Shown here one piece after another: positions 52,636 through 64,000 of a stretch of 64,000 nt of DNA; position 1 is the stretch's first letter; the number at the start of each line of letters is the position of its first letter. The notes under the pieces are model-generated. The model was not told the origin of the DNA, searched no databases, and worked only from the letters and a program-made list of their open reading frames with translations. This stretch comes from Mobula hypostoma (lineage: Eukaryota): positions 99,636,001-99,700,000 of the forward strand of contig NC_086097.1 in assembly GCF_963921235.1 (NCBI RefSeq). Direction: 5' to 3'. The position numbers were made by a program, and so were the translations under genes.

Positions 52636-52929
52636 GCTGGTAGTTTAATTGGCCACTGTAAATTACCCCTAATATGCTGGTAAGGAATAGAATCTGGGGA
52701 AAAATTAAAAGGGTAATGCAGGTAGAATTTTTTTTTAATGGGATATACGGTTATATAAATGGGAAATTGGTGACCAGTACAGGCTTGGTGGGCTAAAGGG
52801 TCTGTTCTTGTGGTACAAGTTGCTACAACTCCATGAACAACATGAATTGCAATTTTTCCCCCACCTACTTTTCAAAACATATCATTACCTTGTCAATTGC
52901 TATAAAATTTCATTTCAACCTCTAGAAGA

Positions 52930-53955
52930 GGGTGGAATAGATGGAGCATATTCTGCCAGAAGATTTGTAACTACTGGTGTTCCACAGGGACCCCCTGCTC
53001 TTTGTGATTTTTATAAATGACTTAGATGAGGAAGTGAAGAGTGAGCTCGTAGTTTGCAGATGACATGAACATTGGTGGTGGTGTGGACAGCGTAGAAGGT
53101 TGGTGTAGGTTACAACGGGACAGACAGGATGCAGAGCTGAGCTGAGAAGTGGCAAATGGAGTTCAATCCAGGAAAGTGTAAAGTGATACATTTTGGAAGG
53201 TCTAACTTGAAGGCAGAGGACAAGGTTAATGACAGGAATCTTAACAGTGTGGAGGAAAAGAGGGATCTTGAAGTCCACATCCATGGATCCCTCAAGAGGT
53301 CGCTCAACTTGATAGGGTGGTTAAGAAGGTGTGTCAGCCTTCATTACTCATGAGATTGAGTTCAAGAGCCATGAGTTAATGTTGCAGCTCTACAAAACTT
53401 TCGTTAGACCGTGCTTACAGTATTGTACGCAGTTCTGGTCGCCTCATTTAAGGATGAATGTGGAAGCTTTAGATAGGGTGCAGGGAGATTCACCAGGTGG
53501 TGCCTGGATTAGAAAACACATCTTCAGAGAAAATATTGAGTGAGCTTGGGTTTTTCTCTTCAGACCAAAAGAAGATGAGAGGTGACTTGACAAAGGTGTA
53601 CAAGATGCATTGATAGAGTGGACAACCAGTGCCTTTTTTCCCAAGGTACCAATGGTTAATACGAGAGAATATAATTTTAAGATGATTGAAGAATAGTATG
53701 GGGATGTACAGATGTATGGAGAGAAAAGTCAGAGGTAGTTTTTTTTTAATATAAATAGTGTTAAGATCAAGGAATGCACTGCCTGAGCTGGTGGTAGAGG
53801 TAGATACATTATGGATGTTTAAAGGACTCTTAGATGAATGGAAAGTGGATGAATATGTAGGAGGGAAGTATTAAAGTGATCTTGGAGTAAGTTAGTAGGT
53901 CAGCACAACATTGCAAGCTAAAGGGCCTGTATTGTGCTGTACCATTCTATGTTCT
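52930..53955 (+). mobile_element. Decayed CR1 RT/3' fragment
   Basis: GVPQG, MEFNPGKCKVIHFG, LYKTFVRP motifs; CR1 tail. Confidence 0.85.
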
Positions 53956-54814
53956 TCAAACAGGGAGCATGATAGTGGAGCTGTTAGCACATCACTTTAC
54001 AGCACCAGCGATCGCTGAAGGGATTCCATTCCCGCTGCTATTTGTAAGCAGCTTGTTATTTTCCCTGTGACTATGTGAGCTTCCTTCGGGCGCTCGGGTT
54101 CCCTCCCATGTTCCAAAGATGCAGAGGGTTAGTGAGTTGCAGGCAGACCACGATGGCACCAGGAGTTTGGAGCACTTGAGCACTGCCAGCACAATCCTCG
54201 CTGATGTGACATGACTTGACACATACAGCACATTCTACTGTACATACAGCATATAAGGTAATCTTCTTTCACTCCAAAGAGAACAACCCAAATATAACTC
54301 AAGGTTAGGTTCCCTCATCCCATTCTGGCAAACCACCCCTCAGAACAATTATTCCCTTATCACCAGACCTCGACTGCAAAACACAGATTGGGCTTAATCT
54401 TCCAATGAACATTGGCACATCATTGAGGAGAGAACAAAAATACCTTGGCATATCTGAGAGCTGCCAACCTAAGGGAATGTTGTCTGACAGGCACATCCCT
54501 CAGGGTACAGGACTGTATTGATGGTAACCTCTGTAGTCACTACAGAGGGGCACACCGGGCACTGAGGGGCTGGATCCTGAGCAACAGCCTCTCAAAGACC
54601 TCATGAGTATGTTGTTTAGAGAGGGATTGATGATATAACAGTATGTATCGGAGACACAGACTACACATGCTGTAATCTGAGCCATAAAACAAACTACTGG
54701 AGGAACTCAGCAGGTCAAACAACACATGAAGAGGCAAAAGGGTGTTTTAAGCAGAAACCCTGCATCGGGAGTATGATGTGGTTTGATGGTATAATGAAAA
54801 TAATAAGAGATATA

Positions 54815-54915
54815 AACACAAAATGCTGGTGAACGCAGCAGGCCAGGCAGCATCTCTAGTTAGAGGTACAGTCGACGTTTCGGGGCGGAGACCTTTGGTC
54901 AGGACTAACTGAAAG
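54815..54915 (-). mobile_element. Short Penelope terminal-repeat fragment
   Basis: Matches 56385-56472; hammerhead core altered to CTGACCA. Confidence 0.7.
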
Positions 54916-54939
54916 ACCTCTCACTTTCAAATTCCTCAA

Positions 54940-55335
54940 GCCCTCCAGTCACGGCGACATGAATCTTTTCCAGTTTAATGACATCGCCGGCTGAACAGCG
55001 TCCTGAACAACCGCAACGCGAGCATCAGTGACCGCTGAGCTGCGCCGGACAGGTCCAACCCCTTCCAGAGAGCAGAGCAGAGCAGAGCAGGCCGAGCGCC
55101 TACCCCCGCCGCCCCGCCGACACAAGCAGAAGGACTACCCCCATTCCCCTCAGGATATCACTCCTTACCGCGCTCGCCTCACCGCCGACAGCCATTAGCG
55201 CGCTCCCGGCGCCACTCATTCAAAATAACAGTGCGGCCCACGTGACCCCAACCTCCGCGCATGCGCGCCGTCCGCAGCGCCCCCTGCCGGCCAAAGTGGG
55301 CACTGGTGGCGCAGAGCTGTGAGTGCGCTTGCTTT
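54940..55335 (-). promoter_or_regulatory. CpG-island promoter of OIP5 with CHR-like TTTGAA (55219-55224), E-box CACGTG (55239-55244) and NRF1-type GCGCATGCGC (55257-55266)
   Basis: CpG-dense non-repeat island in a CpG-poor background, upstream of exon 2; motifs read directly. Confidence 0.7.
55169..55219 (-). CDS. OIP5: OIP5/Mis18-beta candidate exon 1 (MSGAGSALMAVGGEASA)
   Basis: ATG inside the CpG island, 17 open codons, donor GCG|GTAAGG in phase 0, in frame with exon 2. No homology support for this peptide; a second in-frame ATG lies at 55195. Confidence 0.55.
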
Positions 55336-57078
55336 GTCAGGCAGGTAGGAACGAACAAGGTGCTTATGAAGTACAAGAAATGTGAGGTAACTCTTAGGAA
55401 AGAAAGCAGGAGGGCTAAAAGAAGACATCAGGTTGCTCTAGCAGACAAGCTGACAAAAGGTGTACGGTGTCAGTGCTCACTTTACAATGTGATAGGTGAT
55501 TCTACCACCATCCTTACGCATCCATGTTCTAAACCTCTCTTGTCATTGCTTCTAAATCAGCGATCTCTTCCAGCAGCCTGCCTTCCTTCCCATTCCTGAG
55601 AGTGTCCACTCGAAACGTCGATGCCTATCCAGACTCTCCTTGAAAAAACAAGATTTTCCTTTCCAGGCGTTATCAGACAGAATCTCTTCTATTTAAAACA
55701 TCACTTAATTTTGAGTATTATTTACTCAAATTTACTTAAATTTATTTTGAGTATTTTCTGTCTTTGTTGCAGATTACCAGCATTTGCAGCTTTTTCTTTG
55801 ATTTTCAAGGAGAAAATAATGGCCTTGTATTTCATTTATCAATATCTAAATAGCACTGTTTCATGAAGCCGCTTGTTTAAAATCCAAGTTCTATTTGCCA
55901 CAGTCTACTGCAATGAAGCTAACAAAGTCAACGTAAAGGGTGCTATCTAATGTTTTATGTAACTCTGTGTAGTCACCTTGTCCTTTTAGCAGAATGCACA
56001 AATCAGCAATAAGGTGGTTCTTTTCTCAAGTTGTGCAAATTGCCAGTAAGGTTCTACATGGCTTTTTAAATACTGTAATAGATTCGGGGAATGCCAAATC
56101 ATTTGCCAAATAGACTACTTTTAACATAGATGAGACAAAATGGTGCTTATCAGACATCATTTCAGCACTCTGATCAATTCCAATAGGGTTTTCAGTGTTA
56201 AAGCCATCATCTAAGAGATTCACAAGAGCTCGTGATGCAGCATTACAATGTTCCTGTGGTAACTCTATCATACCAAGACATGGAGCTAAAGGACAGCATA
56301 TATACTGTACAAAGATTCAACTGATCTACGCAAACACGAGGAATTCTGCAGATGCTGGAAATTCAAGCAACACACATGAAGGTTGCTGGTGAACGCAGCA
56401 GGCCAGGCAGCATCTCTAGGAAGAGGTACAGTCGATGTTTCGGGCCGAGACCCTTCATCAAGACTAACTGAAGGAAGAGTGAGTAAGAGATTTGAAAGTG
56501 GGAGGGGGAGGGGGAGATCCAAAATGATAGGAGAAGACAGGAGGGGGAGGGATGGAGCCAAGAGCTGGACAGGTGATTGGCAAAAGGGATATAAGAGGAT
56601 CATGGGACAGGAGGTCCGGGGAGAAAGACAAGGGGGGGAACCAGAGGATGGGCAAGGGGTATAGTCAGAGGGACAGAGGGAGAAAAAGGAGAGTGAGAGA
56701 AAGAATGTGTGTATAAAAATAAATAATGGATGGGGTACGAGGGGGAAGTGGGGCATTAGCGGAACTTTGAGAAGTCAATGTTCATGCCATCAGGTTGGAG
56801 GCTACCCAGAAGGAATATAAGGTGTTGCTCCTCCAACCTGAGTGTGGCTTCATCTTTACAGTAGAGGAGGCCGTGGATAGACATATCAGAATGGGAATGG
56901 GACGTGGAATTAAAATGTGTGGCCACTGGGAGATCCTGCTTTCTCTGGCGGACAGAGCGTAGGTGTTCAGCGAAACGATCTCCCAGTCTGCGTTAGGTCT
57001 CGCCAATATATAGAAGGCCACATCGGGAGCACCGGACGCAGTATATCACCCCAGCTGACTCACAGGTGAAATGTTGCC

Positions 57079-58932
57079 TTGTTCCCATTCCAACCTTAGT
57101 CCTTTCGAATGCTCTGCTCTCCACTCCTTCTGCACTAATCTTAACCTCACTATAAAACCCGCCAATAACCGGGGTGCTGTTGTAGTCTGGCATACTGACC
57201 TCTACCTTGGCAAGGCACAGCGACAACTCGCAGATACCTCCTCTTATTTACCCCTCGATCGTGACCCCACTAAGGAGCATCAGGCCATTGTCTCCCACAC
57301 CATCACCGACTTTATCCGCTCGGGGATCTCCCATCCACTGCTACCAACCTTATAGTTCCCACACCCTGCACTTCCCATTTGTACCTCCTACCCAAGATTC
57401 ACAAACCTGCCTGTCCTGGCCGACCTATTGTCTCAGCTTGCTCCTGCCCCACCAAACTCATTTCTGCATACCTCGACACAGTTTTATCCCCCCTTGTTCA
57501 ATCCCTTCCTACCTATGTTCATGACACTTCTCACGCTCTTAAACTTTTCGATGATTTTAAGTTCCCTGGCCCCCACCGCTTTATTTTCACCATGGATGTC
57601 CAGTCCCTATATACTTCCATCCCCCATCACAAAGCTCTACGCTTTTTTTTGGATTCCAGACCTAATCAGTTCCCCTCTACCACCACTCTGCTCCGTCTAG
57701 CGGAATTAGTCCTTACTCTTAATAATTTCTCCTTTGGCTCCTCCCACTTCCTCCAAACTAAAGGTGTAGCCATGGGCACTCATATGGGTCCTAGCTATGC
57801 CTGCCTTTTTGTTGGCTTTGTGGAACAATCAATGTTCCAAACCTATTCTGGTATCTGTCCCCCACTTTTCCTTCGCTACATCGACGACTGCATTGGCGCT
57901 GCTTCCTGCACGCATGCAGAGCTCGTTGACTTTATTAACTTTGCCTCCAACTTTCACCCTGCCCTCAAGTTTACCTGGTCCATTTCTGACACCTCCCTCC
58001 ATTTTCTAGATCTTTCTGTCTCTATCTCTGGAGACAGCTTATCTACTGATGTCTACTATAAGCCTACTGACTCTCACAGCTATCTGCACTATTCCTCTTC
58101 TCACCCTGTCTCTTGCAAAAATGCCATCCCCTTCTCGCAATTCCTCCATCTCCACCGCATCTGCTCTCAGGATGAGGCTTTTCATTCCAGGACAAGGGAG
58201 CTGTCCTCCTTTTTTAAAGAAAGGGGCTTCCCTTCCTCCACCAACAACTCTGCTCTCAAACGCATCTCCCCCATTTCATGCACACCTGCTCTCATTCCAT
58301 CCTCCCGTCACCCCACTAGGAATAGGGTTCCCCTGGTCCTCACCTACCACCCCACCAGCCTCCGGGTCCAACATATTATTCTCCATAACTTCCGCCACCT
58401 CCAACAGGATCCCACCACTAAGCACATCTTTCCCTCCCCCCACCCTGCTTTCCGCAGGGATCACTCCTTGCGCGACTCCCTTGTCCATTCATCCCCTCCA
58501 TCCCTCCCCACTGATCTCTCTCCTGGCACTTATCCTTGTAAGCGGACCAAGTGCTACACATGCCCTTACACTTCCTCCCTTACCACCATTCAGGGCCCCA
58601 GACAGTCCTTCCAGGTGAGGCGACACTTCACTTGTGAGTCGGCTGGGGTGATATACTGCTTCCGGTGCTCCCGATGTGGCCTTCTATGTATTGGCGAGAC
58701 CCGACGCAGACTGGGAGATCGTTTCGCTGAACACCTACGCTCTGTCCACCAGAGAAAGCAGGATCTCCCAGTGGCCACACATTTTAATTCCACGTCCCAT
58801 TCCCGATCTGATATGTGTGTCCACGGCCTCCTCTACTTTAAAGGTGAAGCCACACTCAGGTTGGAGGAACAACACCTTATATTCCATCTGGGTAGCCTCC
58901 AACCTGATGGCATGAACATTGACTTCTCATAG
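57079..58932 (+). pseudogene. Penelope RT + Zn-finger linker + GIY-YIG endonuclease (5'-truncated; frameshift near 57330, then 517 codons open)
   Basis: YLLPKIHK, MDVQSLYT, GVAMG, RYIDD, linker CKRTKCYTC, GVIYC..CSRC..IGET. Confidence 0.9.
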
Positions 58933-59239
58933 TTCTGCTAATGCCCCACCTCCCCCTCGTACCCCATCCATTATTTATTTATATACACACATTCTTTTTC
59001 TCTCTCTCCTTTTTCTCTCTCTGTCCTTCTCACTATACCCCTTGCCCATCCTCTGGGTTTCCCCACCTCCCCCTTTTCTTTCTCCCTAGGCCTCCTGTCC
59101 CATGATCCTCTCATATCCCTTTTGCCAATCACCTGTCCAGCTCTTGGCTCCAAACCTCCCCCTCCTGTCTTCTCCTATCATTTTGGATCTCTCCCTCCCC
59201 CTCCCATTTTCAAATCTCTTACTAGCTCTTCTTTCAGTT

Positions 59240-59275
59240 AATCCTGATGAAGGGTCTTGGCCCGAAACGTCGACT
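59240..59275 (+). ncRNA. Minimal type I hammerhead ribozyme motif in the Penelope 3' repeat
   Basis: aatc-CTGATGA-agggtcttggccc-GAAAC-GTC-gact. Intact core, GGG/CCC stem II, GTC triplet, one stem I mismatch. Confidence 0.7.
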
Positions 59276-59994
59276 GCACCTCTTCCTAGAGATGCTGCCG
59301 GGCCTGCTGTGTTCCACCAGCAACTTTGATGTGTGTTGATGCAACTGATCTACACTGATTCTACAGAAAAATATAGGTTTTTCCCAGGATACAAATCCAA
59401 ACAGCTTGCTTGTCAGAAATGCAGCCACCCAGCAACATATTTACATGAAAACAGAGGCCCACTCAGAGTTTTCAACTCAGTCGTTCAGATATTGTCGTAA
59501 ACCAAGTTCCCACACTGGAGAAGATGCCTACAGCAACTGTTAAATCCACATCACCGATCTCCCAGAAGCTCATTTGTACGTTCAGGCTGTTAGATGTTCA
59601 TAACCTTAAGAGCACCTTTATGGAGATATATGAGCACAGATGCTTGAAAGTGAGTTCATATTTGTTACTCATTTTTCTTCAAAATATTTAAAAGCCTCTA
59701 AATTCATCTTTCAAATTATTTTCTTAATTTATCCTCTGCTTTATCAGGGTGTTTAATAATTGGCAATTCATAATTCTCATTGTTGCTAGTCCTTTGACCA
59801 TTACCAAATCAAGCAGTAATGACTTTAGTTATTCATGATCCAAAAGCAGACATTAACATGCATGATGCTCTGAAATCCTGGAACTGTTTTCTAATCTGTA
59901 TGGATTTCATTACATTTACATACATAAGAAACAAAAGCAAGAGTGTCCCATTCATTATATCATGCTCACTCTGCAATTTACTATCATGGCTAAT

Positions 59995-62665
59995 CTTTCA
60001 CCTCAGCACTATTTTCCAAATAGACCGCCTGCAAAGTGTAGCAAGAGGGGATCTGGCAAGTGTGAATTGAGACAGGCTGTTTTCTGGCAAAGGTGTATTT
60101 GGTAAGTGGGAGGCCTTCAAAGGTGAAATTTTGAGAGTACAAAGCCTGTTTGTGCATGTCAGAATAAGAGGTAAAGATAGCAGGTTTAGGGAATGCTGGT
60201 TTTCAAGAGATATTGAGCTCTTGGTTAAGAAATAAAAGGAAGTGCATAATAGGTATAGGCAGATAGGAACAAACAAGGTGCTTATGAAGTACAAGAAATG
60301 TAAGGTAACTCTTAGGAAAGAAATCAGGAGGGCTAAAAGAAGACATCAGGTTGCTCTAGCAGACAAGCTGACAAAAGAATTGCAAGAGACAAAATTGGTC
60401 CTCTAGAAGATCAGAACAGTAATCTATGTGTACAGCCAAAAGAGATGGGGGAGATCTTAAATGATTTTTTTTGCATCTGTTTTCACTCAGGAGATGCACA
60501 AAATATATAGAAGTGTGTCAACTTCATGGGCACTCTACGATTACTGAGGAGGAGGTTTGCTGTCTTGAGGCAAATTGGGTGGATAAATCCCCAGGGCCTG
60601 ACAAGGTGTTTCCTCAGACCCTGTGGGAAGGAAGTGCAGAAACTGCCAGGCAAAGTGCCTGTTTCTGTGCTATGACTCTGTGACCCTATTATCAACCTTC
60701 TTTAATCCCTGCTCAAAAATTCAAGCAATTAGCTCTTCTGGGAGCTGACATTGGCCCATTGAAACAAATGGCCTCATTCTATGTTATTAGTATTAGATTT
60801 AGCCTTGAACTTCCTTCATAGATTCATGCTGACTGTATTTGATTATTCTTTGCTGCTCTAAACAAAGACGGCTCTGGGTCTGTACTCACTGGAATTTAAA
60901 AAGATGAGGGGGCATCTCATTGAAACCTTTTGAATATTGAAAGGCCTAGTGGGAGTAGATGTGGAAAAGATGTTTCCCACGGTGGGGGAGTCTAGGACAA
61001 GAGGGCACAGCCTCAGGATAGAGAGGCATCCATTTAAAACAGAGATGCAGAGAAATTTCTTAAGCCAGAGGGTGGTGAATCTGTGGAATTTGCAGCTGTG
61101 GAAGCCAAGTCGTCGGGTGTATTGAAGGCAGAGCTTGTTAGGTTCTTGATTGGACACAGCATCAAAGGTTAAGGGGATAGGGGCTAAGGAGGGGGGGAAG
61201 GATCAGCCATGATTGAATGGTGGAGCAGACTCAATGGGCCAAAGGGCCTAATTCTGCTCAAAAAAACTCATTACTCCTCAGAAGTTAAAGCTACTAGCAC
61301 GTAAATGACAGTATGTTAGCAGTCCATTAATCCTCTGTACTAGTCCCATGACCAGAGACCAATAATAGTTGAAGTACTGTATTACAATTTCATCTATTTT
61401 TTTTTACCAATTTGGATTTTTTTTATTGATCCACTTCAAAAAACAACAAATCCATTAATATTTCCTCTCCAGAAATGTTTATCCTGTCCAATATCTTAAA
61501 TGCATTCTTTGCAACTTTATTTACGCGGGAGGTGGATAGAGAGTCTATAGAAGTGAGGCAAAGTGGCATCAACTTCGTGGACCCAGTACAGATTACAGAG
61601 GAGGAGGTGTTTGCTATCCTGTGGCAAATCGGAGTGGATAAATCCTCAGGGCCTGACAAGGTATTCCCTCGGACCGTCTGGGAGGCAAGTGCAGAGATAT
61701 TTAAATCATCCTTAGTGACAGGAGAGATACCACAGGATCAGAGGATAGCGAGTGTTGTTCTGTTGTTTAAAAAAGGCTCTAAACAGAAACCAGGAAATTA
61801 TAGGTCAGTAAGGTTAACGTCAGTGGTGGGGAAGTTATTGGAAGGTATTCTAAGGGACTGGATATGTGAGTATTTGGATGGACAGGGACTGATTAAGGAT
61901 AGTCAACATGGCTTTGTGTGTTGTAGGTCATGTTTAACCAATCTATTAGAGTTTTTCAAGGAAGTTACCAGGAGAATGGATGAAGGCAAGGCAGCGGATG
62001 TTGTCTACATGGACTTTAGTAAGGTATTTGATATCTATATCAATGATGTGGATGATAATGTGGTTAACTGGATCAACAACTCTGCTGATGACACCAAGAT
62101 TGGAGATATAGTGGACAGTGAGGAAGGCTATCATGGCTTGCAGAGGGATCTGTGTCAGCTGGAAAAATGGACTGAAAAATGGCAGATGAAATTTAATGCA
62201 GACAAGTGCAAAGTTTTGCATTTTGGTAGGACCAACCAGGGTAGGTCTTACACAGGAGATGGGATGTTATGTTGAGGTTGTGTAGGACATTGGTGAGGCC
62301 TAATTTAGAGTATTTTATGCAGTTTTGGTCACCTACCTACAGGAAAGATGTAAACTAGGTTGAAAGAGTGCAGAGAAAATTTACAAGGGTGTTGCCAGGT
62401 CTGTAGAACCTGAGTTATAAAGAAGTATTGAATAGGTTAAGACTGTATTGAGATTGAAAGGAGATTTGATAGAGATAGTTATGAGGGATAGAGAAAATTA
62501 TGAGGGATATAGATAGCATAAATGCAAACAGGCTTTTTCCACAGAGATTGGAGGGACTACAACCAGAGGTCATGGCTTAAGGGTGAAAGGTGAGAAGTTT
62601 AAGGGGAACATGAGGGGAAACTTCTTCACTCAAAAGGTTGTGAAAGTGTGGGATGAGCTGCCAGT
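59995..62665 (+). mobile_element. Cluster of decayed CR1 fragments (59995-60650, 60868-61260, 61500-62665)
   Basis: DKSPGPD, NYRSVRLTSVVGKLLE, DFSKVFD, ADDTK and CR1 C-terminus motifs, with internal deletions. Confidence 0.85.
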
Positions 62666-62827
62666 TTATATCTTTTGTTAGTTTCTTTAGTTTGCTGTGG
62701 TTCTGTTATTTGTCCTCTCTTCTCTGACACTACATCTCATTCTGGCAAGTTCTTTTACAATTCTATAAATTTTGTTTTCATCCCTCCACCAGGTGGAGCT
62801 CTAACATTACATCTTTGGGTTTAATTA

Positions 62828-62905
62828 ACGCAACACACATCAAAGTTGCTGGTTAACGCAGCAGGCCAGGCAGCATCTCTAGGAAGAGGTACAGTCGACG
62901 TTTCA
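62828..62905 (-). mobile_element. Truncated Penelope terminal-repeat fragment
   Basis: Matches 15296-15372 and 56366-56441; ends inside the hammerhead core. Confidence 0.7.
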
Positions 62906-63124
62906 GTCATTTTACATCTGCAGTGCTCTTTTCATTACCTTATTGGTTATCATTTGACTGTATCATTAGAAAACTTTAATATCATGAAGATATATTTTAT
63001 TTTCATTAAAGTTAAATTTCTCTTTTATAGAGTATTGGATTATAAACCTGGGTTACATCAGATTTACTGTTGGAAGCTCTTCAAACTTCAGTTCATATTC
63101 AAAGTATTTGTTTACATGTCTCTT

Positions 63125-63946
63125 CTTATGGGTCCCTGCACATAGAGGTGCTAAGGGGAATGAGCGGGTTAATTGTTTAGCTAAAAAGAGCTGTTAAAAG
63201 TTCAACAGTGGATATAGAGTATAGGCCTTCCACTTAGCAAATCAGAATCTAAGGGGTTGGTAGGGTTGAGAATTAAGGGGCTATTGGCAAGAATTGTGGG
63301 ATAATGAGCACAGGAGAGACACCTTTAAAAATACATGAAACTGTTGGGTTGGCGAGAGAGGAGAGTAAAACAAGAAGGGAAGGAGTTTTATTGACTCAAT
63401 TTAGAATTGGGCATACTATGCTTAATTATTCCTTGTATCTCATTGGAAAACATCACTCTGGAGTGTATAGGTGTTGTCATCATTATGAAGCTGTTGAACA
63501 CATTCTATTACAGTGTGAAGCATATAATGTTGAAAGAAATCAAACGCGGGCTTCATTACTGTCTTTGGGGTTGATAGTTTTTAATAAGTCAGGAAAGTGA
63601 TGATACCCTCCTGTTAGACTGTTTGTGGTAACTTATTTTCATTCTTTCTACTTCTCTCCTAATATTTATACCTGTGCACTTGTAATGCTACTGTGACAAT
63701 GTAATTTCCTTTCGGATCAATTAAGTATCTATCTTTTAAAATTTTTGTTAGGTTATGGGGGTGACTTTAATTTAATTCACAGTATTGTCTTTCATTATTT
63801 TCCAGCTGTAGGGCTTTTTGGAGTAATTTAGCCTTCATTTGAAAGAGTAGTGAGAGTCCCCCTCCCCCCATCCCCGCCCCCACTCACTCCACTCCCGTTG
63901 GTGGTGGTAATGCATCTTTAAGTTGGACTGCCAGCCACCATAAAAA
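63125..63946 (+). mobile_element. I-group (Nimb-like) LINE 3' fragment
   Basis: RNase H end WVPAHRGAKGNERVNCLAK, LTQFRIGH...EAVEHILLQC knuckle, tail ggtggtggtaatgca...ataaaaa. Confidence 0.75.
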
Positions 63947-64000
63947 GTCAACCACATCTCTTCCATTTCACACACATCTGCCCTCCCTCCATCCTCCCAC

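Larger units (their letters stand above)
56330..59338 (+). mobile_element. Penelope-like element (Neptune-type) with inverted 3' copy at its 5' side and 12-bp TSD CAACTGATCTAC
   Basis: - segment 56330 to about 57078 mirrors about 58620-59338. TSD at 56318-56329 and 59342-59353. Confidence 0.92.

Noticed and set aside
55261..55599. 112-aa + strand ORF as a divergent gene (NUSAP1)
   Set aside because: Chimera of CpG-island sequence and a CR1 fragment; no SAP-like NUSAP1 N-terminus.

Overview
Vertebrate genomic DNA. The repeat content (dense CR1, Rex1/Babar, Neptune-type Penelope, Gypsy, Nimb, hAT) suggests a cartilaginous fish, probably a batoid; this is an inference. Most of the window is nested, decayed transposable elements. 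Two host genes are supported. (1) A spliced minus-strand OIP5/Mis18-beta gene with six candidate coding exons (55219-55169, 45358-45226, 43180-43114, 31764-31642, 29364-29283, 29073-28927). All introns are GT-AG with compatible phases, giving a 603-nt CDS (200 aa) with both CxxC pairs, downstream of a CpG-island promoter. (2) An intact tRNA-Ser(GCT) at 14438-14519 (-). Most interesting non-genic signals: minimal hammerhead-ribozyme motifs in the Penelope terminal repeats, including a perfect 96-bp-arm hairpin mini-element; a Gypsy element whose primer-binding site matches the tRNA-Ser gene about 550 bp away; an orphan Pol II-like promoter beside the tRNA, facing the OIP5 3' end, with no recognisable Cyrano or NUSAP1 neighbour; and two minisatellites born inside LINE fragments. 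TE boundaries are approximate unless a target-site duplication (TSD) is quoted.
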